A stretch of 64,000 nt of DNA from contig CM102284.1 in the NCBI GenBank assembly GCA_046563655.1, positions 8,804,001 to 8,868,000 on the forward strand. Reading direction: 5' to 3'. How positions within the stretch are numbered: position 1 is the stretch's first letter; every line of letters begins with the position of its first letter. The translations under genes and the position numbers were made by a program. Shown in pieces: positions 1 to 10,791 of the stretch. The stretch comes from Yuukianura sp. NJ FZ-2021 (taxonomy: Eukaryota). The notes below the pieces were generated by a model that saw only the letters and a list, made by a program, of their open reading frames with translations, had not been told where the DNA came from and did no database searches.

Positions 1-955
1 ACTGCACAAGCAACATTCCTCACCAGCCATTTCGTGGAACTGCTCAAACTTTCATTTTTTGGGAATGTGAACTTTCAAAATTGAAAAAGATGACACTTAT
101 TTTTAAATTTTGAAAACCTTAATTTCGTGTGTAGTGTGAATGTTGGATTTCTTTGTCTCTTTTGTTTGAATTTTCCCCGTAAGAAAAAGCAGTTGCTCAG
201 TCATTCTTTGATTCTCCCTTCAAAAGTCGCTTGTTCAAATGACACTTTTTTAGAATTTCAAACAGAGGAGGATTTGGATTTAAAGTGAAAGGGTTCTGGA
301 GTGGACGTTGACATGAGTTGTCGCAGGTTGAGCCATGTCATGGACTTGTCCATTGTCACTTCCACACAAAAACCTTGGCCACATTCGGAGTCTTTCAGCG
401 GAGCAGCGGGAGACGCCGTTTGGCCACAAAAGTTCAACCACAAAACCAACTTCACTTTCACCTGCTTTCTCCAACTTCTCAATTCCATTTTGCAGTTTTC
501 GAAATTTTGAATCTGCAGTTTGAATTCCGGAGTTGAATTTGAGATTTGCAGAGACTCGTCATAGTCCATTGTTGTTTTGTGAATAGAACAATGTGGAACT
601 GTCTTCCTATCGTGTAATGAGTTCTTTTGTGTGGAAGTGTGAAGGGGGTTTGTTTGTTAGAGTAATCACTGTCATTACTTTCTTCTGGATTCATCTAATT
701 GCACGTCAAGGAGACTTAAGGGCCCAGTAGACTTAAGGACCAAAAATCCAAAGTCTTTACACAATTGACAACAAAAGAAATCTCATTCTCACCTTCCTTT
801 CAGATGTCAATTCTCAACTCTTTTTCAACAATCGACGCAACAATCCAAAACAAAACTCAAATTCCATTGCACAACCCACAATTTCCTCTTTTTAAATTTG
901 AGACTTCCTGTTTCAAAATATCCATTTTTTCATAATTTTGAAATTTGAATTTCAG

Positions 956-1992
956 CGGGTCTGCCTGCTGCTCAGATGAGTTACTACAACAGTGCTTACA
1001 ACTCTAGTTTTGGGTCTCCGCAAGTCGTTTCTTCAATGCAGGATGCGATGAAGGCCTACTCCAGCGGAATGGACGACAAGTACAGATACTCAGCAGCACT
1101 CGGAAGTATGTACTCTTCCGAAGCAGTCGCCGCTGCAGCGGCTGCTGCCAAGTACATGCAGGAGGCAGCGGGCAAGTCTTATTTGGACACACCCACCTCC
1201 AGATACTTTGACTCCACCAGCCCCACCAAACCATTCTCGGGTGAGTCCCACTAAGCCCCACCAAACCCACCAAATGAACGCTGTTTCTCTCTTTCCAGTT
1301 TCCACTCTTGTTTCTTTTGTTAAAATGTTGAATTGATGAATTAACGAGATTCACCACAACCACCGTTTCACTCAACACTTGTGTTTGTTCTCTTTTCAAT
1401 TGACTATTTGTTAATTCAACAATAAAATATAAAACTATAAATTATTGTTGAATTGTCGAATGTTTAACTCACAGTTGAACCACAAAGGAAACATTTTGCA
1501 GTTTCAAATTCGGTTTTAGTAATTTTGACTTTGTTTGTTGTAGGGTCGACGCCCACCTCAAGCGAGCGTTATGAAGTTGGAGGGAGCAAATCTGAATCTG
1601 AGTCTCCGAAGAGCAGTTTGCATGAGGATTCCATGGGTGGGACTCCTGAGTTGCCCCACGGGGTGGCTTCCAAAGGCCAGCAGTTGAGTCATCGTGGGAC
1701 GCCGGAGGATCAAGTGGGGCTGTTGTCCGGTGGGACTCCAATGACTTCTGCCGGTGGTTTTCCGCCCCACTTCTCGTCCTTGGCCAGTTACTACTCTCAG
1801 TTGAACCACGTTGGTGGGTTGTCCGGTGGGACTGGCCCCACCTTGGCCCACATCTCTCAGTACTCCCACCCTCCCCTGCCAGGCAGTGCACAGAGCCCTT
1901 ATGGGCCCCTTCACCCCACACCCGCTGCCCAGCCACCCACCGCCCCCTCATCGTCTAACGACTTTCGAAGGGCCCTGCCTGTAATATTTTGA
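956..1992 (+). CDS. Last two coding exons (956-1240, 1544-1992) of a transcription-factor-like gene, probably SoxB2 class (Sox21b/Dichaete-like); 5' part incl. any HMG box lies upstream of the window
   Basis: AG acceptor at 954-955, GT donor at 1241, AG at 1542-1543; phase-1 junction joins the frames. Ala/Ser/Tyr/Pro-rich low-complexity sequence ends in FRRALPVIF*, which resembles the RRP-x-x-V-[IL]-[FY] C-terminal motif I recall from insect Sox21b/Dichaete. No DNA-binding domain is visible in the window. Confidence 0.5.
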
Positions 1993-4591
1993 AAAACGAA
2001 ACAAATTCCTACGAAGTGAAATCAAAAATTTCGTTTGTTCAAAAACTGGTAAGAAATTTAAAAAAAAAGTTAATTCCAACTTTCACTGACTTTCACTTTA
2101 ATTTTACTTTTTTGTTTTGAAAATTTCAGTTCCTGGATCTAGGATGGGTCGACTTATGTTGATAACAATTTTAATTTTGAAAAAAGTTGAGTTTAAAATG
2201 CGGCACAGACGACTTTAAAAACTTCATTTAAATTTTTACGTGAAGACTGGAGCGAGATCCCCACAAATCCAAAATTTTGCCAGTTTTAATTTTGTCCTTA
2301 TTCTAAAAGTTATTAATTATTAATTAAGTTAAGTTTAGAATTAATAAAATTTCAACAAAAAATTGCGCTGTTTAGGAAAACTGAAAAATGATGGCGAGGA
2401 TGAGAGTGAAAGTGGACTTCCGGATACCGTAAAGTTTCCAATTATTATCTAACTCTGCAATTACTTTAAATTCATTCAAAATCACTTCAAATTCATTTGA
2501 ACTACTCAAAATATTACTAAACTTTCACCATATTGCTGAAATTTCGAAACCAAGTGGATTGAAATTTTTATTGGTCCACTGACGCCCATTTTACTACTCA
2601 AATCCAACAAGCTTTTGCTATCGACCGAAGTGTTTCTGTTCATTTTACTCTCTTTTGATCAAATTAATCGCCTCAAATGTACATAAATGGTGCAGATGAT
2701 TGAATTGGAAGAGAAAGTCCCCCCGAGGAATTCACATCCAGCCCCACCAAACAAAAACATGGTGGCTCCGGTGGGACTCAAGTTGGTGGCTCTCGGTGGG
2801 ACCAGAGACCCACTTTCTCCAGCACTTTCACTCTGTTGACTCTCCTTCTTCTACTGGATTTTATAAACACAACTGACAAAACACACAAAAAGATAGTGGA
2901 AAAATGAAAAAAATTCATCTTAAATTGAAAACACAATTGAAAAGTGGAACTGACTACAAAATGTAAAGTGTGTTGTACTATCAAAATTTTGAAACTTCTG
3001 AAAGCGTTTGATGGTGCTGTAAAAAGGAGAGGGACTGTGTCAATTCTTTGTAAATTTGCATTTTGAGGGAGAAAGCAGAGAGGGATTTGGTTGTTATTGT
3101 GTTTGATCCAATTTTGAATAGATTTTGTACAGAAGACTCAATCAGATCCACACTCTACTCAAAAAAGAGAGTCTTTCACAGAAATAAGAGTTGAATTGAG
3201 CGTCTATTCAATTCAAAAGTGACGGAAGTTCTGCTTTTTTTGAAAAAAAGAAAAACTTGAAACTTTCTTTTTGTGCTGGAAAAGAAAACAGGGATTTTAA
3301 AGGAAATGAAAAAGATAAGCTCAGATCCGATTTCAAATCCTTTTCAAACTCTCACATTTTAAAAAAAATCTCACTTTTCAAAATCTCAATTTTCAAAATT
3401 TTCATTAAATTTTACTAAACCTATTACATAATTCAATGATAAGGTGAAAGAATACTACACCTTATTCTCCCGTGGTTTAAAATTTTGATTTTTTTGAAAT
3501 TTCGAAATTTGATTACTTTGTTGTACCAAAATGAGTTAAGGACAGGAGAGCCCTTAAGTGAGTTTAAGTGTACGTGGGCGTGGCCAAGGGACAGACAAAG
3601 AAAAGGGGCGTGGTCAGCAGGAGAAAGTGCATTTGGACACACGGAAAAGCTTTCTCCGGGGACACGCCCCCAACTCCCACCCACAAATCATAACAACTCT
3701 AATTTCAAATTACTCAAAGTTAATTTAAAAGGAACTTTGTAATTAAGTGGTGCGTTAATTAGTAATTAGTGACTAAAGAGTGAGAGTGTATTTTGAAATG
3801 GGAGCCCTTAGGAGTGCCTTAATTGAGTGGACAATGGAGGTGAGGCAGAAGCCCTTCAAGGGCCCTCCTTCAATTTCACACACAAAGAGTGTCCACCTCC
3901 ACAAGGAAATGAACTTGGTTCAAATTAGTTTGTGAAAAAGAGAGGTGGATTGTGTCGTGATACTTGTGGGGTTGCGGGGTTCAGGGGATCAAAAGTGAGG
4001 GGGTTGCGGGGTTCGAGGGGGATCAAATTTGAGGGGTCAAGTGGGGGTAAGGTCACCCCCTTCCTTTGTCCTCCCCTTCTGCACAATTGACTTTCTCTCA
4101 AGTGAAAGTGGCGGGTGATTAAAATTTCAATTAGGAAATTGAATGGAGAGGAAAGGACTCAACTCTAAATGGCTCCCACGCCGCAAATAGGGAAAGTAAA
4201 TTAAATTTCTAAGCTCACATTTTTTAAAAAGCTTATCTAAATTTAAAATTTTAAACAACTTTTCAAAACTTACTTATTTAAGAGCTAAGATTAGAAAATT
4301 TTGTAAAAATTTAAAATCAAGTTTACAAAAACACAACACAAAAATATTTCAAGATTTTGAAGATTTATTTCTATTTGTATTTTTCAAAATATGAAATTTG
4401 TAATCAATGATTGATTCCTCGTAATTAAAGTTTTTGTAATAAAATAAAAATTTCCAGTAAAATCTTGTTCCGATTCTTCTCTTCAGAACATTTTCTTCGA
4501 TTTCTTGCAGATTTCTCAGTTTTTGTTTGGTAATTTTGATTGTTTGAGAAGGTCGTTGACCTTTGGTTGACTTTTGGATGAGTTGAGGAGG

Positions 4592-4990
4592 TTATTGTTG
4601 TTGTTGTGCATAGCTGGGGTGGACACTTTGTTGATCTGCATACTGCTGATCTGGTGGTGGTGCGTAACCTTGTTGTTGATTTTGAGCTGGCGCGTACTGA
4701 CCTCCGCCAGCGGCGGCCTTAGCAGCTTTGCGTTTTGCCAGGAACATTCCCAGGAAGACTCCGATGATGAGGAAAATGATGGCTGCGAAAATGAAGCACA
4801 AGCATCCGACGAGAGCCAATCGGCCGTTGCGTTTCGAATTGAGGCATTCTAAGTATTTATCGCGTGTGTCAAGCTTTTTTTTGCAACAATCTTGATCGTC
4901 GTTAATATGATCAGACTCCACTGCCAGTTTGCCTTTGAGCAGTTCCTTAAGCTCTTCGTCACTCACGATTCTGCAGGGTGCTCCACTCAT
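4592..4990 (-). CDS. Small membrane protein, paralog 1 of 4 (132 aa; C..CC..C N-region, ~28-aa hydrophobic segment, KRK, YAPPP/Q-rich tail)
   Basis: Clean ATG-TAA ORF, clearly similar to three neighbouring ORFs. Upstream non-coding exon with GTAAG donor at 5115 and acceptor at 5018-5019. Confidence 0.8.
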   Translation of the reverse strand: MSGAPCRIVSDEELKELLKGKLAVESDHINDDQDCCKKKLDTRDKYLECLNSKRNGRLALVGCLCFIFAAIIFLIIGVFLGMFLAKRKAAKAAAGGGQYAPAQNQQQGYAPPPDQQYADQQSVHPSYAQQQQ

Positions 4991-5588
4991 TCTTCCGGTT
5001 ACTTTTGACTTTGCAGTCTAAAAGACACAAAAATATTTTAGGTCAATGACCTTTGGAATGACCTCTGACACAACTTTTGTCACAAAAGTGTAAGAAAGTT
5101 ACATGAAATGCTTACCAATGCAACAATGTGGTCCGAAACTACTGGAATTGACGTAGATCAAGTACTTGAGTGCGGAATTTCCTGGACGAGGAACTGGATT
5201 CGTCGAATACTGCCAACCGAGGGAGAAAAACACGTCTTGCTGGGTCGACGGTCAAACGTCAAATGAACTAAAACGCTGAGGTGTTCAGAGAAAACATTTT
5301 CCAAATAGTAAACAACATAGAAACTTTAACTTTCTTTTGTTGTCATGACAACACTTTCAAATTCAAATCGAAATTGAAAAATATTTTTTAACGATTTTTT
5401 TTGTAGATGATTTTATTCTTCCAGAAATTATGAAATTTTGACGATCAATTTAGTCGTAAATCCTGAGCTCTCATACTATGTTTCGGCAGCACATTTCGGA
5501 TGCGATGGGAACCAAGCGATGTCGTTGACCTTTGGCCCACTTTTGGTTGACCTGAGAAGGTCGTTGACCTTTGGTTGACTTGGGAATG

Positions 5589-6206
5589 TTATGGTAGTTG
5601 TCCAGCACTTGGCTGGACACTGGGCTGATCTGGATACTGCTGATTCGGTGGTGGTGGTGCGTACATCGGTTGTTGATTGGGAGGTGGCGCAGTCTGACCT
5701 CCACGGCCGCCTTGATTAGCTTTCCGTTTTGCAAGGAACATGCCCAGGAAGAATCCAGCCACGAGACAGATGATTCCCATGAAGAGTGCTGCCAAGCATC
5801 CCACCAGAGCCAATTGGTTTCGTCGCTTCTTATCCAAGCAACTGTTCATGTCTTCACCCAAAGTATCAGCGTCTGCCTTACTCTTTACCTTGTTGAGTTT
5901 AGATTGAGTTATTTCAAGGTCTTTGCAGCAATAGTGCAAGTCGATCGACAAGTCCGCAGCGTGTCCGCCAACTTCCTTGGCTACTTCCTTAGCCGTCTCG
6001 TAGGTGAAACTGGGACACATTACTACTAGTAGATGACTTATACGTAGTCCTCCCAATACTCCTAGCCCTCCTCCTCCTCCTCCTCCTCCGACTGGCCATC
6101 CTCCTCCGAATTCTCGCTCTGGTCTTCCTCCTCCGAATTCTCGCTCTGGTCTTCCTCCTCCGAATTCTCGCTCTGGTCTTCCTCCTCCGTAAGCCGGGTC
6201 GTACAT
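5589..6206 (-). CDS. Small membrane protein, paralog 2 of 4 (~205 aa; N-terminal GGGRPEREF x3 repeat and poly-Gly added)
   Basis: First ATG after the acceptor at 6226-6227 is 6206 (MYDPAY...). Core HYCCKD..C..KKRR-hydrophobic-KRK-YAPPP is shared with the paralogs. 5'UTR exon donor near 6313. Confidence 0.75.
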   Translation of the reverse strand: MYDPAYGGGRPEREFGGGRPEREFGGGRPEREFGGGWPVGGGGGGGGLGVLGGLRISHLLVVMCPSFTYETAKEVAKEVGGHAADLSIDLHYCCKDLEITQSKLNKVKSKADADTLGEDMNSCLDKKRRNQLALVGCLAALFMGIICLVAGFFLGMFLAKRKANQGGRGGQTAPPPNQQPMYAPPPPNQQYPDQPSVQPSAGQLP

Positions 6207-6826
6207 TGTTCCTGTCGCTGTTGACCTTAAATAGAAACAGAAATTAAGATTTGACCTTTCAATTTTTTTTGGTAAAAGTATGGAATTCCAAACAATTTTT
6301 AGGAAATGCTTACCAATCAAACAACTTCCTCCAAAACTACTGGAATTCAGTACCTGAGTGCGGAATTTCCAGGAAATTTGAATTTGTTGAAAAAAGTATG
6401 ACACGTACTTCCTGTTGTTGATGCTGCTGCTTGCTGGATGTCGGAGGTCAAAGGTCAACTGAACGACTGAACCCAAACAAACGTTTTCAAACAAAACAAT
6501 TTCTGTCGCCTTTTACATGGAAACTTTTAAACTTTTTAAAAACAAAATAAAATCTGCGTTTACTGTTTTTAGAACAAAAAATATATAAACATTTGGAAGA
6601 TTTATTTTCATTTGTGTTTCTATTTAAGTTTGAAATTTGTAACCAATTGATTGTTCGTAGGTTTTAGTAATAAAATTAATTTCTAAGTAAAAATCTTCAT
6701 CCGCTTCTTTCTTCACAAAATTTCGTGGATTTCCCAGTTTTCTTCGCAAATTTTGATTGTTTGAGAAGGTCATTGACCTTTTGTTGACCTATGAAGGCCT
6801 TTGACCTTGGTGTTGACTTGAGCAGA

Positions 6827-7297
6827 TTATGATTGTTGTGCAGCAGTTGCTTGATTCGCGTACTGCTGATTTGGTGGTGGGGCGTACATCGGTGGCTGAT
6901 TTGGAGGTTGTGCGTACATCAGTTGCTGATTTGGAGGTTGTGCGTACATCAGTTGTTGACTTGGAGGTTGTGTGTACATCGGTTGCTGATTCGGAGGTGG
7001 TGCGTACTGTCCTCCACCTCCACCTTGATTACCTTTCCGTTTTCCAATGCATATTCCGACGAAGATTCCGATGCCAAAGCAGAGGATTCCGACGAACAAT
7101 GCTGACAAGCATCCGGTGAGAGCCAATCGGTTGTTCCGCTTCCTTTTCTCGCAAGCAAACAATTCTTTTACTGTTTTAACACCATCCTTGCAACAGTCCT
7201 GGGCGTCCCATAAGGCATCTTCGCGGCTGGTGCCCTTAGCATGAGTCTCTGCTATGAGCTCATTCACCCGTCTGTTACTCGCGCAATCTTCTCCCAT
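6827..7297 (-). CDS. Small membrane protein, paralog 3 of 4 (156 aa; tail of ~10-aa MY(A/T)(Q/P)PP(N/S)QQ repeats)
   Basis: ATG-TAA ORF; DCCKDG..CEKRKR-hydrophobic-KRK; 30-bp tandem repeats in the tail. Confidence 0.8.
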   Translation of the reverse strand: MGEDCASNRRVNELIAETHAKGTSREDALWDAQDCCKDGVKTVKELFACEKRKRNNRLALTGCLSALFVGILCFGIGIFVGICIGKRKGNQGGGGGQYAPPPNQQPMYTQPPSQQLMYAQPPNQQLMYAQPPNQPPMYAPPPNQQYANQATAAQQS

Positions 7298-7867
7298 CTT
7301 TGCAGTGTAGTCGAAAAACCTGCATCAAAAAAATGAGACTCGTTGGGGTCAATGACCTTTGGAATGACCTCTGACCTAAAAGGTACAAGAAATGCTTACC
7401 TATCAAACAATGTGGTCCGAAACTACTGGAATTGGCGTAGATCAAGTACTTGAGAGCGGAAGTTCCTGAACGAGGAACTGGATTAGTCGAATACTGCAAA
7501 GCGAGGGAGAAAAACACGTTTTGCTGTGTTAGAGGAGGTCAAAAGGTCAAATGAACCCGAACGCCAACATTTTCAGAGAAACGTTTTCCGACTCGTAAAC
7601 AACCTGGAAACTTTCTTTTGTTGCCATAACAACACATTCAAATTCAAAACGAAGTAAAAAAAATATTACGATTTTTTTTTTCTTGTAAACGATTTTATTC
7701 TTCCAGGAATCCTGAAATTTTGGCGATCAGTTTAGTCGTAAATGCTGAGCTCTCATTGACTTCGGCAGCACATTTAGGATCCGATGAGAACCAAGCGAAG
7801 TCGTTGACCTTTGGTTGACTTTTGGTTGACCTGAGAAAGTCGTTGACCTTTGGCTGACCTGAGAAAG

Positions 7868-8344
7868 TTATGATTGTTGTGCAGCACTCGGGTAGACACT
7901 GGCTGGATCCGCATACTGCTGATTTGGTGGTGGGGCGTACATCGGTGGTTGACTTGGTGGTGACCCGTACATCAGTTGTTGACTTGGTGGCGCGTACATC
8001 GGTTGTTGACTTGGTGGGGCGTACATCGGTTGTTGATTCGGAGGTGGGGCGTACTGGCCTCCACCGCCGCCTTGATTAGCCTTGCGTTTTGCAATGCACA
8101 TTCCCACGAAGATTCCGATGATGAAGAAAATGATAGCTGCGAAAAGAAAGCTCAAGCATCCGACGAGAGCAAATCGCCCGGTCCGCTTCCTTTCGGCGCA
8201 TTTTCTTGTTTCTTTTTGTGTTGTGGTGCCTTCTTGGCAACAGGCACGGGCGTCCCACAGCGAATCTTCGCCGCTGTCGCCCCCATAATTATTCATTACT
8301 ATGAGAGCCTCCACTTCCGCTTTAGTGTTGCACCTTTCTCTCAT
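7868..8344 (-). CDS. Small membrane protein, paralog 4 of 4 (~158 aa)
   Basis: First ATG (MRERC) at 8344, after an acceptor near 8367. ACCQEG..CAERKR-hydrophobic-KRK followed by MYAPP(S/N)QQ repeats. Confidence 0.8.
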   Translation of the reverse strand: MRERCNTKAEVEALIVMNNYGGDSGEDSLWDARACCQEGTTTQKETRKCAERKRTGRFALVGCLSFLFAAIIFFIIGIFVGMCIAKRKANQGGGGGQYAPPPNQQPMYAPPSQQPMYAPPSQQLMYGSPPSQPPMYAPPPNQQYADPASVYPSAAQQS

Positions 8345-8915
8345 TTTTTCAGTCCAGTCCAAAAGCCTGGAACCAAAAAAAAATGAGACTCATGGGGTCA
8401 ATGACCTTTAAAATGACCTCTGACCCAATTTCTCTCACAAAACATAAAGGCTTACCAATCGAAACAATGTGGTCCAAAACTACTGGAATTGACGAAGATC
8501 AAGTACTTGAGTGCGGAATTTTCTGGACACAAACTTGGAATACTGCGAAAAGATGCGGCAAGTACTTCCTGCTGCTGCCCCGTAGAAAGTCAAAGGTCAA
8601 AGGTTATGTTCTCCACAAAAAATTTGCAGGTTCATCACTACGAATATTTAGTTGCGACGGGTAGACTTTCTACACTAAAATTAAAAGAAATTATTATTAT
8701 TATAGTTATTTATTTATTTATTTATTTAATTGCCACTGATACCCTGTTTAAATATTTGCCAAATATAAAAATAATAAAAATTGCCACTGATAGTTTAAAT
8801 TTTTTATTCAATATTTGTAACTCTTCATTGTCTAGATAAGCATTTTAGAACCGTTAGCAGTAGTTTTTCAAAATGTTTGTAAAAGTACTGGCAGTAGGTA
8901 TTGGCAGTATTTTTG

Positions 8916-10791
8916 TCAGTCCGAGAGTGACGAGGTGATAAGCGATGAGATGATGCAGAGCATAAAAAATGAGCCAATCGCAACCAAGAAAATGATTCTG
9001 CCAAGAGAACTTCCATACCACGTGATGAGAAAGTAGAACAGCCCAACTACTCCAAGCGCCAATATTGCAGCGATTACAAATACAAGCACCGTGGAAATCC
9101 ATGTACAGCATGGTTCAGAAGTATCCTTGCAGCATCTCGGTGCTGGAACAGGTACAGGATGAATCGGCTCAGGATCGCTGCGTCCAGCAGCAGCAGCAGC
9201 GCGATTGGCCGAATCATCGTACAGCGCAGCATCAATGATTTCGTCCACAGTGGCTCTCGGAATCGGTCCAGCTCCACCCTCTCGCAGTCCAGCAGCACCA
9301 TCTCCTTCTAGATACTTCCGCAGCACATACTTCGAGTTTTCCGACAGTTCTTTGATCTGTGTTCCTTGGAGACGTAGTTGTCGTAAAGCTGAAACTTCTT
9401 CTAAGCCTTGCGACGGAGCAAAAATGGCTTCAGTGACGTTGCAATTCCGGAGATCCAGAGTTTCCAAAGTGTTTTGATGAGCACAGAGCACTTTTCGGAC
9501 TAATTCATCCAGGTTTTCCAGAACTGGCGCACAGGCGTTTTCATCCGTCCCGAGAATGACGTTCTGGAGTTCGCATCCCAGGAAGGTAAGTGCAAATTTT
9601 TTTAGTTTCAGATGTGCCAGGTCGGTCATTTGTCCTAGGCATGATGGAGTAGCAGCATTCGGAATGTCATAGAATGCCAAACTTGTCAAATGGACATGCA
9701 CCGGATTCTGGGCCAAGGTCAGCAGAACACGGTTGACCGTGGCGATTCCGAAACCGGTAAAAGTGACACTTTGAAGCTGAGTAGCCGAGAGTAAAATTTC
9801 TCTGATCATGAGTGGATGGAGATCTTGAATTTCCAAAGTGTCGATTCGGTTTCGATGGACCGACTGCCGACCGAATTTCAATTTGTGTCGGAACAGTTTC
9901 AGGACATACGATGACTCAAAAATTAGAGTTCGGAGGTTCACGAATGCTGGCAAGTTGGAGTCGCGTTTTGACGGTAAAAGTGATTCGGTATTGACGAGGC
10001 AATGAAAAATACCGGTCATCTGAAGTGCTTCTAAGGATGAGCAGAAGTGAATGATTCTTTGAAAAGAAACGAGTGATAAGATGCAGTTGTTGAGCCGAAG
10101 AGATTTGATATCGGGTCCGTTTTCGTGAAAGAATTTCCGAACCACTTCGAACCGGGTATCGACCGAAACGAAACGGTACTTCGGACAGTGGAACTCCGTG
10201 ATGAGACTGCTTTTTGAAAATTCAGCGAATTGGGCAATCAGCACTTCCGTTTTGACATGATGACTGTAAAACACACAAAATTTCAAAAATTTAAACTTTT
10301 CAAATTTTGAAATTTTTTAATTTTAAACTTTGTCATGTGACTAACCTTGCATCAGGCGGGTATGACAGCATGCTGGGATCAAAGTAGAGACGACCTCTGG
10401 TCCAAAGTGGTCCGATTGTCACTTGACCTTTGACCTTTCCGGTTTCGTGGTCACCGCAAATAGCCCGATTCCACTTTTTGGAGACCAGTCGCAGTGTGAG
10501 CAAATCAGAGAAGCCAATCAGGGGTACGATAAGAGCCAAAGCCTAAAAAACACAAAATTTCGACAATTATTTTCAAAATTTTATAATTTTTTTTTGTTAG
10601 AAATTAGTTTTGAGTCGTACCTGTCCGAGTTCTCCGTCCGAATTTGAACTGGATACGTGTCGAACGCTTTTCAATGATCTTGACGGCGCATGATGACGCT
10701 GATGGTGATGGTGATGGTGGTGACCATGACGAGATTGCGGCTGTTGTGGACGTGGACGCCGCGGGCGGTCAATTGTAGCTTCTGACAGCAT
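8916..10791 (-). CDS. F-box/LRR (RNI-like) protein with His-rich N-terminus and two C-terminal transmembrane segments; exons 10791-10621, 10542-10346, 10263-8916 (~570 aa)
   Basis: Three exons splice in frame (phase 0, phase 2). F-box-like LALIVPLIGFSDLLTLRLVSKKWNRAI; LRR-like motifs IKSLRLNNC, LEALQMTG, LRTLIF, LETLDLRNC, LRQLRLQG; terminal hydrophobic helices WISTVLVFVIAAILALGVVGLFYFLITW and IIFLVAIGSFFMLCIISSLI. Confidence 0.75.

Noticed and set aside
6207-6494. N-terminal ~96 aa of the 301-aa ORF 5589-6494
   Set aside because: Reads through the 5'UTR exon and intron that are non-coding in the paralogs, and begins at a non-ATG codon.
6860-8060. Regularly spaced ~27-30-bp repeats resembling a CRISPR array
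   Set aside because: No unique spacers, in-frame coding tandem repeats, eukaryotic context, no cas genes.
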